Virus record (IMG/VR): IMGVR_UViG_3300020045_001854
Location: 1-31,464 of that record
Direction: 5' to 3' (one strand)
Origin: a virus
Lineage: Duplodnaviria > Caudoviricetes
DNA length: 31,464 bases
Shown: piece after piece, positions 9,141-17,796 of the stretch
How positions within the stretch are numbered: position 1 is the stretch's first letter
Layout of the letters: each line of letters starts with the position of its first letter
Translations under genes and position numbers: made by a program
Notes under the pieces: model-generated
Told to the model about the DNA's origin: nothing
The model's database searches: none
The model's input: the letters and a program-made list of their open reading frames with translations, nothing else

Positions 9141-11339
9141 ATGAGCTATCAAGGTTATCTAATATCTAACTATGCAACGGGGTACGACCGAGAGCTTCAG
9201 CCATGGCTTTTGCCAAATGATGCTTTTATCGATCTTTTGGATGGCTATGTCTATAGAGGTGTTACCTACAAGAGAGACGGTTATTCGGGATTTGCTACAG
9301 GGACTAAGTCTACCTACACTGAAAGTCGAATGGTTCATAGTATTGGTAGTGTTGCTCCCGCAACAGGTCTAATCAATGGAATCAATGCTACATATACCTG
9401 GACTCTTACGACTCCTGTGGCACGTGGTCGTGTAGTGATAAATGGTTCTAATCCAGTGCAGATGTTGATAGATGATGGCGTTGGTGGATTCACTGGAAAT
9501 GGAACAGGAACCATTAACTATATTACAGGTGCTGTATCTATAACTTTCACACTCCCTCCGGCTATAGCTTCAACTGTTTTACTTACCTATAGCTACTTTC
9601 CAGGTCTTCCAGTTATGGGAGTGATGAACTTCTATCCAACTAATAATTTAAGACAACTGATCGTAGCCGATACTAGATATGTGAATAGATACAATCCATC
9701 TACTGACAGACTGGATGATATTCCTGCTGGGACTTATACAGGAACTAGCAAAGACTTCTGGTCGTGGGTAAACTATGCAGATGCATCTAGCATACCTAGG
9801 CTTCTATTCTCTAACGGAGTTGTGGGAGATGTTATTCAAGTCTATGATGGATCCACTATCACTGACTATGCTCCTACCTTTGCAGGTGGCACTCTTAATG
9901 CTAGACAGATGTTTGAATTCAAAGGAAGATTGATTCTATTCCAAACTATAGAAGGCGGAACTCTTTTCCCTAGAAGGATAAGGATATCTGGATTTGGAGT
10001 TAACGTTGATAATTTCGATAATACAGCTCCAGGAGCTGGATTCATAGATATCCCTGACAACACATGGTTTTTTGGAGCAGCTTTCAATAGAGATGATATT
10101 CTATTCTTTACTGAATCTTCTACATGGGCATTGAAGTTCACAGGCAATGATGTAACACCTTTCACTCTACAGAAATTAGATGGTTCTAGAGGATCTTCAG
10201 CGGCATTCTCTGTAATCTCTTATCTGAATAGAACTCTGGCTGCAAGTCCTAGAGGATTAATCATTTCCGACGGTTATCAAGTTGATCGTATGGATGACAA
10301 TATCCCTCAGTTTGCTTTCAATGATATTGATGGGGCTAATTTCAATGGATGTTTCTCAGGATTCTTGGATGAAGATAGAGATGTGTATCTCCTATATCCT
10401 TCAGAAGCCACAATCAAACCACCATTAGTTCCTGCGGGATCTTCCGATAGGATACTAGTTACTAATTTCGAAGAAGATAACTTTGCGATCTACCGCATAC
10501 CACTCTCTTGTATGGGTAACTTTCAAGGGGCTTTCACTTTTCTCTGGTCCGATCTTACAGCTGCTAATGGATATCCTAATTGGGAAGCACTAGCTGACAA
10601 GTTTGGTAACTGGAACGCTTTTCCTTTCGATAAGGGTGATCCAGTAGCCATCGGAGGGGGTCATAAAGGTGAGATATGGAAGCTCAATGACACCGAAAGT
10701 CAAGATAATCCTCAGAAAATAAGAGCTATTACAGCTCTAAATGATCAGAGAATACGAGTAACTACTGACTGGAATAACTATGAAGTAGGAGATTTCATAG
10801 TGTTTACTTCAGTTGGTGGTATGGTAGAGATAAACAACAAGCAAGGTCAGATAGTAAACATACAGACGAACTACACTGTCTTTGACGTGGATTTCGGTCA
10901 AAGTCATGGAGGATTCACTGCTTATACCTCAGGTGGTTTAGCATCTAGATGCATTCCTCTAGAGGCAGTAACTAAAAAGTTCAATCCATGGGTTGAGTCT
11001 GATAAGAAAGTTCGATGTGGATGGATCTACTTCTACGTTGAAGTAGCTGATACCGATCTTACTGACTGGGATACAGCACAGACTCCAGTCCCTGCTTTAC
11101 TAAGAATTGATGTGTTAACCAACAACAATGAAGACACAGACTTCTCAAATCCTCAATTTAGCTATTTAATTGACTGTAGTTCGATTAAAAACGAAAAGGG
11201 GGGTAAGAAGTGGGTAAAGATATGGATCAATCAGGTAGGTCAATTCTTGCAGTTTAAGATGAGTAATAACCAAGCAGGTGCGAAGATCCAAGTTCATGCT
11301 ATGATGCCTGGCTTCCAACCTCTAGGAAGGTTGATATGA
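9141..11339 (+). CDS. Probable tail nozzle/DNA-stabilisation protein with inserted FCCH-like domain
   Basis: 732 aa beta-rich protein after adaptor; FKGRLILF..RIRISG propeller-like motifs. Confidence 0.65.
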   Translation: MSYQGYLISNYATGYDRELQPWLLPNDAFIDLLDGYVYRGVTYKRDGYSGFATGTKSTYTESRMVHSIGSVAPATGLINGINATYTWTLTTPVARGRVVINGSNPVQMLIDDGVGGFTGNGTGTINYITGAVSITFTLPPAIASTVLLTYSYFPGLPVMGVMNFYPTNNLRQLIVADTRYVNRYNPSTDRLDDIPAGTYTGTSKDFWSWVNYADASSIPRLLFSNGVVGDVIQVYDGSTITDYAPTFAGGTLNARQMFEFKGRLILFQTIEGGTLFPRRIRISGFGVNVDNFDNTAPGAGFIDIPDNTWFFGAAFNRDDILFFTESSTWALKFTGNDVTPFTLQKLDGSRGSSAAFSVISYLNRTLAASPRGLIISDGYQVDRMDDNIPQFAFNDIDGANFNGCFSGFLDEDRDVYLLYPSEATIKPPLVPAGSSDRILVTNFEEDNFAIYRIPLSCMGNFQGAFTFLWSDLTAANGYPNWEALADKFGNWNAFPFDKGDPVAIGGGHKGEIWKLNDTESQDNPQKIRAITALNDQRIRVTTDWNNYEVGDFIVFTSVGGMVEINNKQGQIVNIQTNYTVFDVDFGQSHGGFTAYTSGGLASRCIPLEAVTKKFNPWVESDKKVRCGWIYFYVEVADTDLTDWDTAQTPVPALLRIDVLTNNNEDTDFSNPQFSYLIDCSSIKNEKGGKKWVKIWINQVGQFLQFKMSNNQAGAKIQVHAMMPGFQPLGRLI

Positions 11340-11617
11340 CATTTAGCTTACCTCTTTATAAGAATTTTGGATCAGAGATTAGGGAATTGTCTCCTATTCT
11401 CTCTAATCAGCTCTCTCAGATGTATACTGACATTGCCAATGCTATGAGTCAGGCGATAAAGAAAGATGTGGTATCTGGAGCTGATCCAGCTGCTGTATCT
11501 CAGAGGAATACATTGTTCTCAGTTGGGGACATAACAGTAAGAACAGATACAGACATGGCCTGGATAATGACGTCTCGTACAGATCCAGAAACCGTGGTAT
11601 GGACTCTCATAACTTAA
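11336..11617 (+). CDS. Hypothetical structural protein, 93 aa
   Basis: ATGA overlap with upstream gene. Confidence 0.7.
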   Translation: MTFSLPLYKNFGSEIRELSPILSNQLSQMYTDIANAMSQAIKKDVVSGADPAAVSQRNTLFSVGDITVRTDTDMAWIMTSRTDPETVVWTLIT

Positions 11618-11628
11618 AGGAAGGATAT

Positions 11629-12297
11629 ATGGCTAAGACTAATTTGGCAGGAGCAGGCAGTGGAGCATTAGGTGGAGCTGGAACTGGCTTTGCTATTGGA
11701 GGTCCAATCGGTGCTGGTATAGGCGGTCTTGTAGGGGGTCTTGCCGGATTGTTCGGTGGAGGACGTAAGAAAAAAAAGAAGATCTCTACTTTAGACAAGA
11801 GACAGCAACAGATTAATGAGAGTCAATATCAAGCTCTTCTAGGAGAAGGACCATTAGCTGACTTGTATAATTACGATCCCAAAGGTGCTAACGAAGTATT
11901 CAATCAGATTACAGCACGTCCCGCTCAGAGGAACTTCAGAGAGAGTACAGTGCCGGGTATCACAGGTGCGTTTCGTAAACAAGGATTGATGGAGTCCTCT
12001 TATGTTGGAGATGCTCTCTCTAAAGCTGGAAGAGATGTACAAGAGAACTTAGATGCTCTAAGAGCTCAAGCTCTTTACGGAGAGAAGCAAGGTGCTCAGA
12101 ATGCCAGAAGGAACGCTGTAGAAAACTTTCAGAATAGACAAACATTTGCTTATGAAAAACCAGCTCCTGGAAGTAATTTTGACATAGGTCAAGTATTATC
12201 TGGAATTACTCCTGATATGATCTCTGGTTTGCAAGGTCTTTTTAGTGGATCAGGAGTCAATGGAAAAGCAGGATCTTCTTTAGGGAGGGCACGATAA
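11629..12297 (+). CDS. Probable DNA ejection protein (P22 gp7-like architecture)
   Basis: Gly-rich hydrophobic N-terminus then RKKKKK and helical Q/A-rich body; AAGGA RBS. Confidence 0.6.
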   Translation: MAKTNLAGAGSGALGGAGTGFAIGGPIGAGIGGLVGGLAGLFGGGRKKKKKISTLDKRQQQINESQYQALLGEGPLADLYNYDPKGANEVFNQITARPAQRNFRESTVPGITGAFRKQGLMESSYVGDALSKAGRDVQENLDALRAQALYGEKQGAQNARRNAVENFQNRQTFAYEKPAPGSNFDIGQVLSGITPDMISGLQGLFSGSGVNGKAGSSLGRAR

Positions 12298-13667
12298 TGC
12301 CAGCAGCACAAGTAATAGATCTAAATCCAGAATACAAGAAGAATCCAGTTCAAGAGAACCTTGAGACATTCTTCACTCGTATAGGAAAAGATTACAGAGA
12401 CAAGAAAGATCGTATGGAAATTGGAAATCTTATTGGTCAGTATCAACAGAATCGCGAAGATGCTAATGCTTGGGAAGATTTACAGATGGGTCTTGAGACA
12501 AGTGATATATCTCCTACTAGAAGACTTGAAACACAAAAAAGTCTTAATGAAGCAAGAAAAGCTATTACAGAAAAAGACAAAGCTTTAAATGCTCAAGTTA
12601 AGAAAGGAATGTTAACTCAAGAAGAAAAGGTAAGACAACGAGATAATCTATTAAAAGCTGGATGGCCAGAATATGCAGCCGATGTTTATCTGGATGCTCC
12701 TCCAGGAGTAAAGGGTAGCTTAGAAAGAGAGCATGAATATTTAGTTCGTCATGGATTGCGTAAGCCTTTAGTTCAAGTTCCAGAAGGAGTCGATGAACAA
12801 ATTCCATCTCCAGAAGCTGTCACAGTTCCGGATCAATCATCTCCATCAGGAGAAAGACCTATTTTAGGAGCTGAGCCAGAAACGCCTCAAGAGAAAACAG
12901 CAGCTAATACTGGTATTGAAATCAAGGAAGATGAATGGCCTGATCCAGTATCTCCTTCTAATATGCCTCCTGATCAGAAAGTTAAATGGGAGAACAATAA
13001 CGAGAAAGAAAATAACAAGGATCTTAGAGAGACAAATGATCACAAAAAAGCTCTTAGGACTAATGACAACCTAATTACTAGTATGACTAAGATTAATGAT
13101 GGAAAGTATCTACCTACTGGTGTGGGAAAGTTTATAACTATTGATCCTTCAACTGGCGACATTAGAGAAGTAGCCAACATTGGAGAGATTGCTAATCCTC
13201 AGACTCAACTTTATATTAAAAACTTGAAACAATGGCAGAAAGGTGCAAAAGAGTTTTATGGAGCTCGAGTAACGAACTTTGACTTACAGTCATTTATGCA
13301 ACAGCTTCCTACTCTAATGAATAGTGAAGACGGAAGAAGGTTAATATTAAAACAGATGAAGTATACCAATGATTTAGAATCTATCTATAATAATACCCTA
13401 AACGATGCTTTGAAACATTATGGTCGTAAAGCTAACTTTAGTCAGGTTTCTCAAGTAGTAGATGATAAAGTGAAGTCCAAAGAAGAGGATTTGATAGGAA
13501 AAATTAACAACATAGTAGAAGCTTCCGATTACATCAACTCTATGGCTGATAATCCTGATAGGTACAAAGGTACTGTTCTTATGCAAAGACCGAACGGATC
13601 ATTTAGAGCTGTTGACAAAGACAGGGTTCAATATCTTAAGAAAGAAAAAGGTTGGAGGGACTTCTAA
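12297..13667 (+). CDS. Probable DNA ejection/internal virion protein
   Basis: Helical charged 456 aa protein with GARVTNFDL motif; coupled to neighbours. Confidence 0.55.
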   Translation: MPAAQVIDLNPEYKKNPVQENLETFFTRIGKDYRDKKDRMEIGNLIGQYQQNREDANAWEDLQMGLETSDISPTRRLETQKSLNEARKAITEKDKALNAQVKKGMLTQEEKVRQRDNLLKAGWPEYAADVYLDAPPGVKGSLEREHEYLVRHGLRKPLVQVPEGVDEQIPSPEAVTVPDQSSPSGERPILGAEPETPQEKTAANTGIEIKEDEWPDPVSPSNMPPDQKVKWENNNEKENNKDLRETNDHKKALRTNDNLITSMTKINDGKYLPTGVGKFITIDPSTGDIREVANIGEIANPQTQLYIKNLKQWQKGAKEFYGARVTNFDLQSFMQQLPTLMNSEDGRRLILKQMKYTNDLESIYNNTLNDALKHYGRKANFSQVSQVVDDKVKSKEEDLIGKINNIVEASDYINSMADNPDRYKGTVLMQRPNGSFRAVDKDRVQYLKKEKGWRDF

Positions 13668-15448
13668 TGACGTCTTCTAAGAATGCTTTTGATTTGGATT
13701 ATGATGAGGGGATTGATATCCAAAAAGGGATTGTTGATGATCAGAATTATGACGAGGGTATCGACATAGCCGCTTATACTAAATCTGATGAGGCAAAAGA
13801 GCCTACGTGGTGGGATGCAGCTAAAGAAGCTGGATTACAATCAGCTGCTGGACTAGGACAAGCTTATACATGGCCTTTAGATATGTTGAAATTAGCAGTT
13901 ATTGGAGAAGGCTTATCGGATATAGATGAATTAGAAGATGCTTTTAAGAAAGCAGGAAAACCTTTCGATAGAAACAAATATATACAGACTGTCATGGAAC
14001 AAGGTGAGTTTATTCCAACTCAAGAACTTCTTGAGAGATCGATAGATGAAAAGTTTGGAACTAATATTGCTGAACCAAAGACAAAAACGGGTAAGTTCTT
14101 TAATAAACTTTTCTTTCTTGGAGGACTTGCAAGAGGTAAGGGATTAGGGAAGGCAGCTAAGTCAGGGGTTACTGGAGCCACAACTACTGCTGCACTAAGA
14201 GAAGCGGGAGCTCCAGAATTGGTTGCAGAACTTGGAGGAGACGTGACTTCTGGATTAGCTACCCTTGAAAAAGAAGCTAGAAAATTTTCTCCTGAGATTC
14301 AAAAAGCAGTTGAACTTGCCGATAAAAGAGGCCTTCCATTGACAGAAGCAATAGTGAGAGAAAGTCTTCCTGAACATGCAAAGATTTCACCTAGAAGAAA
14401 GAAAGCACTAGAAAAAAATCTAGGTACTTCATCAGAAGAAGCTATTCAATCTATTATAGAAGATAAAATACCAGTTGCACAGCTGAGAAAAGAAGGAAAA
14501 GATATTAATGCTCTAGAGGATTTAGCTTACGAGAATGCGAACGAGCTTGCTGCTAAATATCCAGAAAAAATGTCTACTAAGGAATTAGTATCTGATATAG
14601 ATAGAGAGATCAATCGTATAAAATCTTTAGCTCCTTCTCCTAGTGAAGCTCAGAAAGCATCTATTCGTATATTAGAAAATGAAAAAGAGGCATTAGCATC
14701 TTCTCCAGCAAATGCTGCACAATTAATTCAACAGACAAGAAATTATAACTCTAACGTCAAAAGTATCTACAGAAAAGCTGAATATAGTGGTGTAGAGGAA
14801 GAAGTTAAAAATACCTATGCATTTCTAAATGATCGTATACGTAATACTATTGAGAGAGAAGGCGCTGCAGATGTGGTTGCGGCTAATCGGGCAGCTAACA
14901 AATTGTTTGCAGAGAATGCTTCTTTAGCTCGTTCTGAAGGTATTATATCTAAAGCATTCCAAAATGGAGAGTATAAACCTAAAAAACTTAATCAACTTCT
15001 TGAAAACAAGAATACAGGTTCTCAATTAAGAAAAGACTTAGGTGTCGATGGGGTAAAAGAACTAAAACAGATTGCTGAATATGGACAAAAAGCTCAAATT
15101 GCTACTTCTCAGTTTGCTAATTCTGCAAAACATAAATATAAGATTGGTGACTGGGGTCCATTGGCTGGATTTCTTTTAGCTAAGATTCCATTGGTAGGAG
15201 CAGCAGCTATAACAGCAAAGCCAATGTGGGACTACGTAAGAGGATATCTTTTAACGAGACCTGCATCAAGAAAAACATATGCAAACATAGTTAAGAACGC
15301 TGCTCAAGGATCCTTTTCAAATATGGCAAAAGACTTCTCTACTCTAGAAGATCAAATCATTGATGATTTTGGAAGCATTGAAGAATTCATGAAACAAGGC
15401 GTCAAAGAACTTCAGTTTTACCGAGAAGGGGAAGAGGATGAGGATTAA
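13667..15448 (+). CDS. Probable large DNA ejection/internal virion protein
   Basis: TAATG coupling at 13665-13669; helical, Ala/Lys-rich. Confidence 0.55.
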   Translation: MTSSKNAFDLDYDEGIDIQKGIVDDQNYDEGIDIAAYTKSDEAKEPTWWDAAKEAGLQSAAGLGQAYTWPLDMLKLAVIGEGLSDIDELEDAFKKAGKPFDRNKYIQTVMEQGEFIPTQELLERSIDEKFGTNIAEPKTKTGKFFNKLFFLGGLARGKGLGKAAKSGVTGATTTAALREAGAPELVAELGGDVTSGLATLEKEARKFSPEIQKAVELADKRGLPLTEAIVRESLPEHAKISPRRKKALEKNLGTSSEEAIQSIIEDKIPVAQLRKEGKDINALEDLAYENANELAAKYPEKMSTKELVSDIDREINRIKSLAPSPSEAQKASIRILENEKEALASSPANAAQLIQQTRNYNSNVKSIYRKAEYSGVEEEVKNTYAFLNDRIRNTIEREGAADVVAANRAANKLFAENASLARSEGIISKAFQNGEYKPKKLNQLLENKNTGSQLRKDLGVDGVKELKQIAEYGQKAQIATSQFANSAKHKYKIGDWGPLAGFLLAKIPLVGAAAITAKPMWDYVRGYLLTRPASRKTYANIVKNAAQGSFSNMAKDFSTLEDQIIDDFGSIEEFMKQGVKELQFYREGEEDED

Positions 15449-15582
15449 CCTTCTGTTAATACAATGTAGGTAAGTTTGCATAGAAAACCTAAGATAGCAA
15501 CACTAGCGAACAGTCCTGCTAACAGATATCCTCCCATGCATAAACAGATCAATGCAAATCCTAAAAGCCAAATAGTGATCAT
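15445..15582 (-). CDS. Small hydrophobic membrane protein, 45 aa (not in ORF track)
   Basis: MITIWLLGFALICLCMGGYLLAGLFASVAILGFLCKLTYIVLTEG; ATGA overlap with upstream minus-strand gene. Confidence 0.65.
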   Translation of the reverse strand: MITIWLLGFALICLCMGGYLLAGLFASVAILGFLCKLTYIVLTEG

Positions 15583-15797
15583 TTTTTATTCCTCTCTTCT
15601 ATAGCGCATAAACGTCCATGGAAATCTTTAGTTTCATCATGAAGAGCTTGGTATAATTGATCTGAACGTCTATTAACTGCATCAATTCTAGCGGTATTGG
15701 AGACCCATAAACTGATCAACACTGCTGCTATAGCTAAGTTTAGGGCCATAATTGCCATTGTATCAACGTGGTTTCTGAAGAAGCTTTCTTTTTGCAT
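15579..15797 (-). CDS. Single-TM coiled-coil protein, 72 aa
   Basis: AAGGAG RBS; hydrophobic N-terminal segment then helical C-terminus ending DFHGRLCAIEERNKK. Confidence 0.8.
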   Translation of the reverse strand: MQKESFFRNHVDTMAIMALNLAIAAVLISLWVSNTARIDAVNRRSDQLYQALHDETKDFHGRLCAIEERNKK

Positions 15798-15839
15798 GTT
15801 AATCTCCTTTTAAACACATACATATCTTTCTTATACACA

Positions 15840-15869
15840 TATATATCATAAATCCGAGGGAAAAGTCAA
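15840..15869 (-). promoter_or_regulatory. Candidate sigma70-type promoter for the antisense cassette
   Basis: TTGACT-N18-TATATA with TG before the -10 box on the minus strand. Confidence 0.4.
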
Positions 15870-15943
15870 GTTAAAGAAATTTATATACACTTTATGCGAC
15901 ATATATGCTATTCTTAAAGAAAAGGCTTTACAAAGGAGAAAGT

Positions 15944-16870
15944 ATGTCCCTAGCAAGAGGATCAAGACAGTACATGGGTGTAAGGGCTATCCTTCCTCCC
16001 GATTTGCAAACAGCAACAAGAGCACCTACATCAAGCGATAAATCCTATGTTAAAGGGACTTTGTGGCTAGATACAGATGCTGACGCGGCTTACATGTGGC
16101 CAGGAACTGGTGATTGGATTTCTTTAGGTTCAGGAACTACTGGAGCCATTGTAACGCTTACAGGTGATTCTGGAGGTGCTATAGCTCCCGTAGGAGGTAA
16201 TATTGACCTCTTAGGTACAGCCAGCCAAATCACAACTACAGGCACAGCAGGAACCATTACATTCTCATTACCTGCGGCTATCATAGCCCCTGGATCATTA
16301 GCAACTACAACATCATTGACAGTAGGTAACACATTCACAGTGACTGCTGGAACATCAAGTTTGAAAGCAACAACCATTGTTGGAACTACTTCAATCAATG
16401 CTTCTGGAGCTGCTGTAACAACAATTGCAACTGGCGGAACAGGTGCTTTGAATCTTGGTAATGCCACTGGTAACACAGCGGTGACTGGATCATTGACAAC
16501 AACTACAACATTGACAGCAACTTTAGGAGCTATCACAGCGACTAACGGTAACTTAGTTCTTGGAACTGCTGGTAATAAGATTATATCCACAAGCGTAGCA
16601 AGCACTACAACTGCTGGAGCTAACTCTTTCGGTAAAGTAACTCTTGTTGGTGGTACTGCTACAGTAAGTACAACAGCTGTAACAGCAAGCTCAATCATAT
16701 TCCTAACAAGACAAGGTGTTGGTGCTACTGGCGCTAACGATCTAGGTATCTTGAGTGTAGGAACTATAGTAGCATCTACTTCTTTCGTTATCAATGCTTG
16801 GACGGTAACAGATGCCACAGCTCTTCAGGCTGATGACGTTTCTTCAATCGGTTGGATGATCGTTAACTAA
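15944..16870 (+). CDS. Tail fibre-like structural protein
   Basis: AAGGAG RBS before ATG 15944; Thr/Gly/Ala-rich beta repeats. Confidence 0.7.
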   Translation: MSLARGSRQYMGVRAILPPDLQTATRAPTSSDKSYVKGTLWLDTDADAAYMWPGTGDWISLGSGTTGAIVTLTGDSGGAIAPVGGNIDLLGTASQITTTGTAGTITFSLPAAIIAPGSLATTTSLTVGNTFTVTAGTSSLKATTIVGTTSINASGAAVTTIATGGTGALNLGNATGNTAVTGSLTTTTTLTATLGAITATNGNLVLGTAGNKIISTSVASTTTAGANSFGKVTLVGGTATVSTTAVTASSIIFLTRQGVGATGANDLGILSVGTIVASTSFVINAWTVTDATALQADDVSSIGWMIVN

Positions 16871-16878
16871 GGAGTCAT

Positions 16879-17217
16879 ATGTCAGCAAAGAAAGTTTACT
16901 TTGATACCTTACGCTCCCTGGCCTTCGGAAGCATTTCCGGTACTTATGCAGCAGTGGGAACTCCATTAACTGTACAAGGTCGAATCATATGCTTCACCAA
17001 CAAGACTCAGGGAGACATGATCTTTAGCACCGATAGCACGAATGCTACGGGTCAGATCATTGTTCCGGCTAATTCGTTCAAGCTCTACGACTTTGTAGCC
17101 AACTTGATTCCTGGAAAAGATGATAGCTTTGTCGTTGCCGAAGCTACTCAATTCTATGTTAAGCAAGTCGCAGCACCAGTGAGTGGTTCTGTCTATATTG
17201 AAGTCATATACGCATAA
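16879..17217 (+). CDS. Small beta-rich structural protein, 112 aa
   Basis: AAGGAG RBS, in fibre cluster. Confidence 0.7.
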   Translation: MSAKKVYFDTLRSLAFGSISGTYAAVGTPLTVQGRIICFTNKTQGDMIFSTDSTNATGQIIVPANSFKLYDFVANLIPGKDDSFVVAEATQFYVKQVAAPVSGSVYIEVIYA

Positions 17218-17232
17218 AACTAGGGGTGATTA

Positions 17233-17793
17233 GTGAGCCAAGCAGGAATTATAAGCACAGCCGCGGGGCCTCCACCTCCATCAGTGCCAACAGATTTTGT
17301 TACTCAAGACGGAACGGCAGTTCCAGCTCTTAACATTCTTTTGGTTAATGGACTGGATTCTACGCAAAACAATGCCAATGGCATTATTACTAAGGGTGGT
17401 GTTGTAGGGACTGGTACATCTAATGAGATGGACATCGTCATTACAAACCGATTGCAAGGAACGACTTCTACCGTCGGCGTTGCAACTACTCCTATGATAA
17501 CTTTTACTCCCACTGTTATTGGAACCTATGCTGTCGAATGCAGAATTGCAGCCTACAATACAACTGCTTCATTGGGAGCTGGTTATAGCATTTTTGGAAC
17601 TGTTAGGTTTGATGGAGCTAATTCAAATCTATGTGGTACTCCTGATAAGATAGTAAACGAAGAGGGTGCGATGTCAGCTGCGAACGTCACTCTTACTGTT
17701 TCTGGGGCTGACATCCTAGTCAATGGAGTAGGTTATGCAGCTCAAACAATAAATTGGTCCGGTGTTGGTCTTTACACATTTATAGGAGTATAA
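17233..17793 (+). CDS. Fibre-associated structural protein, 186 aa
   Basis: GTG start after GGGGTG; FVTQDGTAVPA module resembles neighbouring fibres. Confidence 0.65.
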   Translation: MSQAGIISTAAGPPPPSVPTDFVTQDGTAVPALNILLVNGLDSTQNNANGIITKGGVVGTGTSNEMDIVITNRLQGTTSTVGVATTPMITFTPTVIGTYAVECRIAAYNTTASLGAGYSIFGTVRFDGANSNLCGTPDKIVNEEGAMSAANVTLTVSGADILVNGVGYAAQTINWSGVGLYTFIGV

Positions 17794-17796
17794 TAT

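Noticed and set aside
11764-11781. RKKKKK as a nuclear localisation signal
   Set aside because: A basic patch after a Gly-rich hydrophobic N-terminus is common in ejection proteins
16090-16818. 242-aa minus-strand ORF, and similar shadows at 21471-21893 and 22827-23018
   Set aside because: Antisense shadows of Thr/Gly/Ala-rich fibre genes
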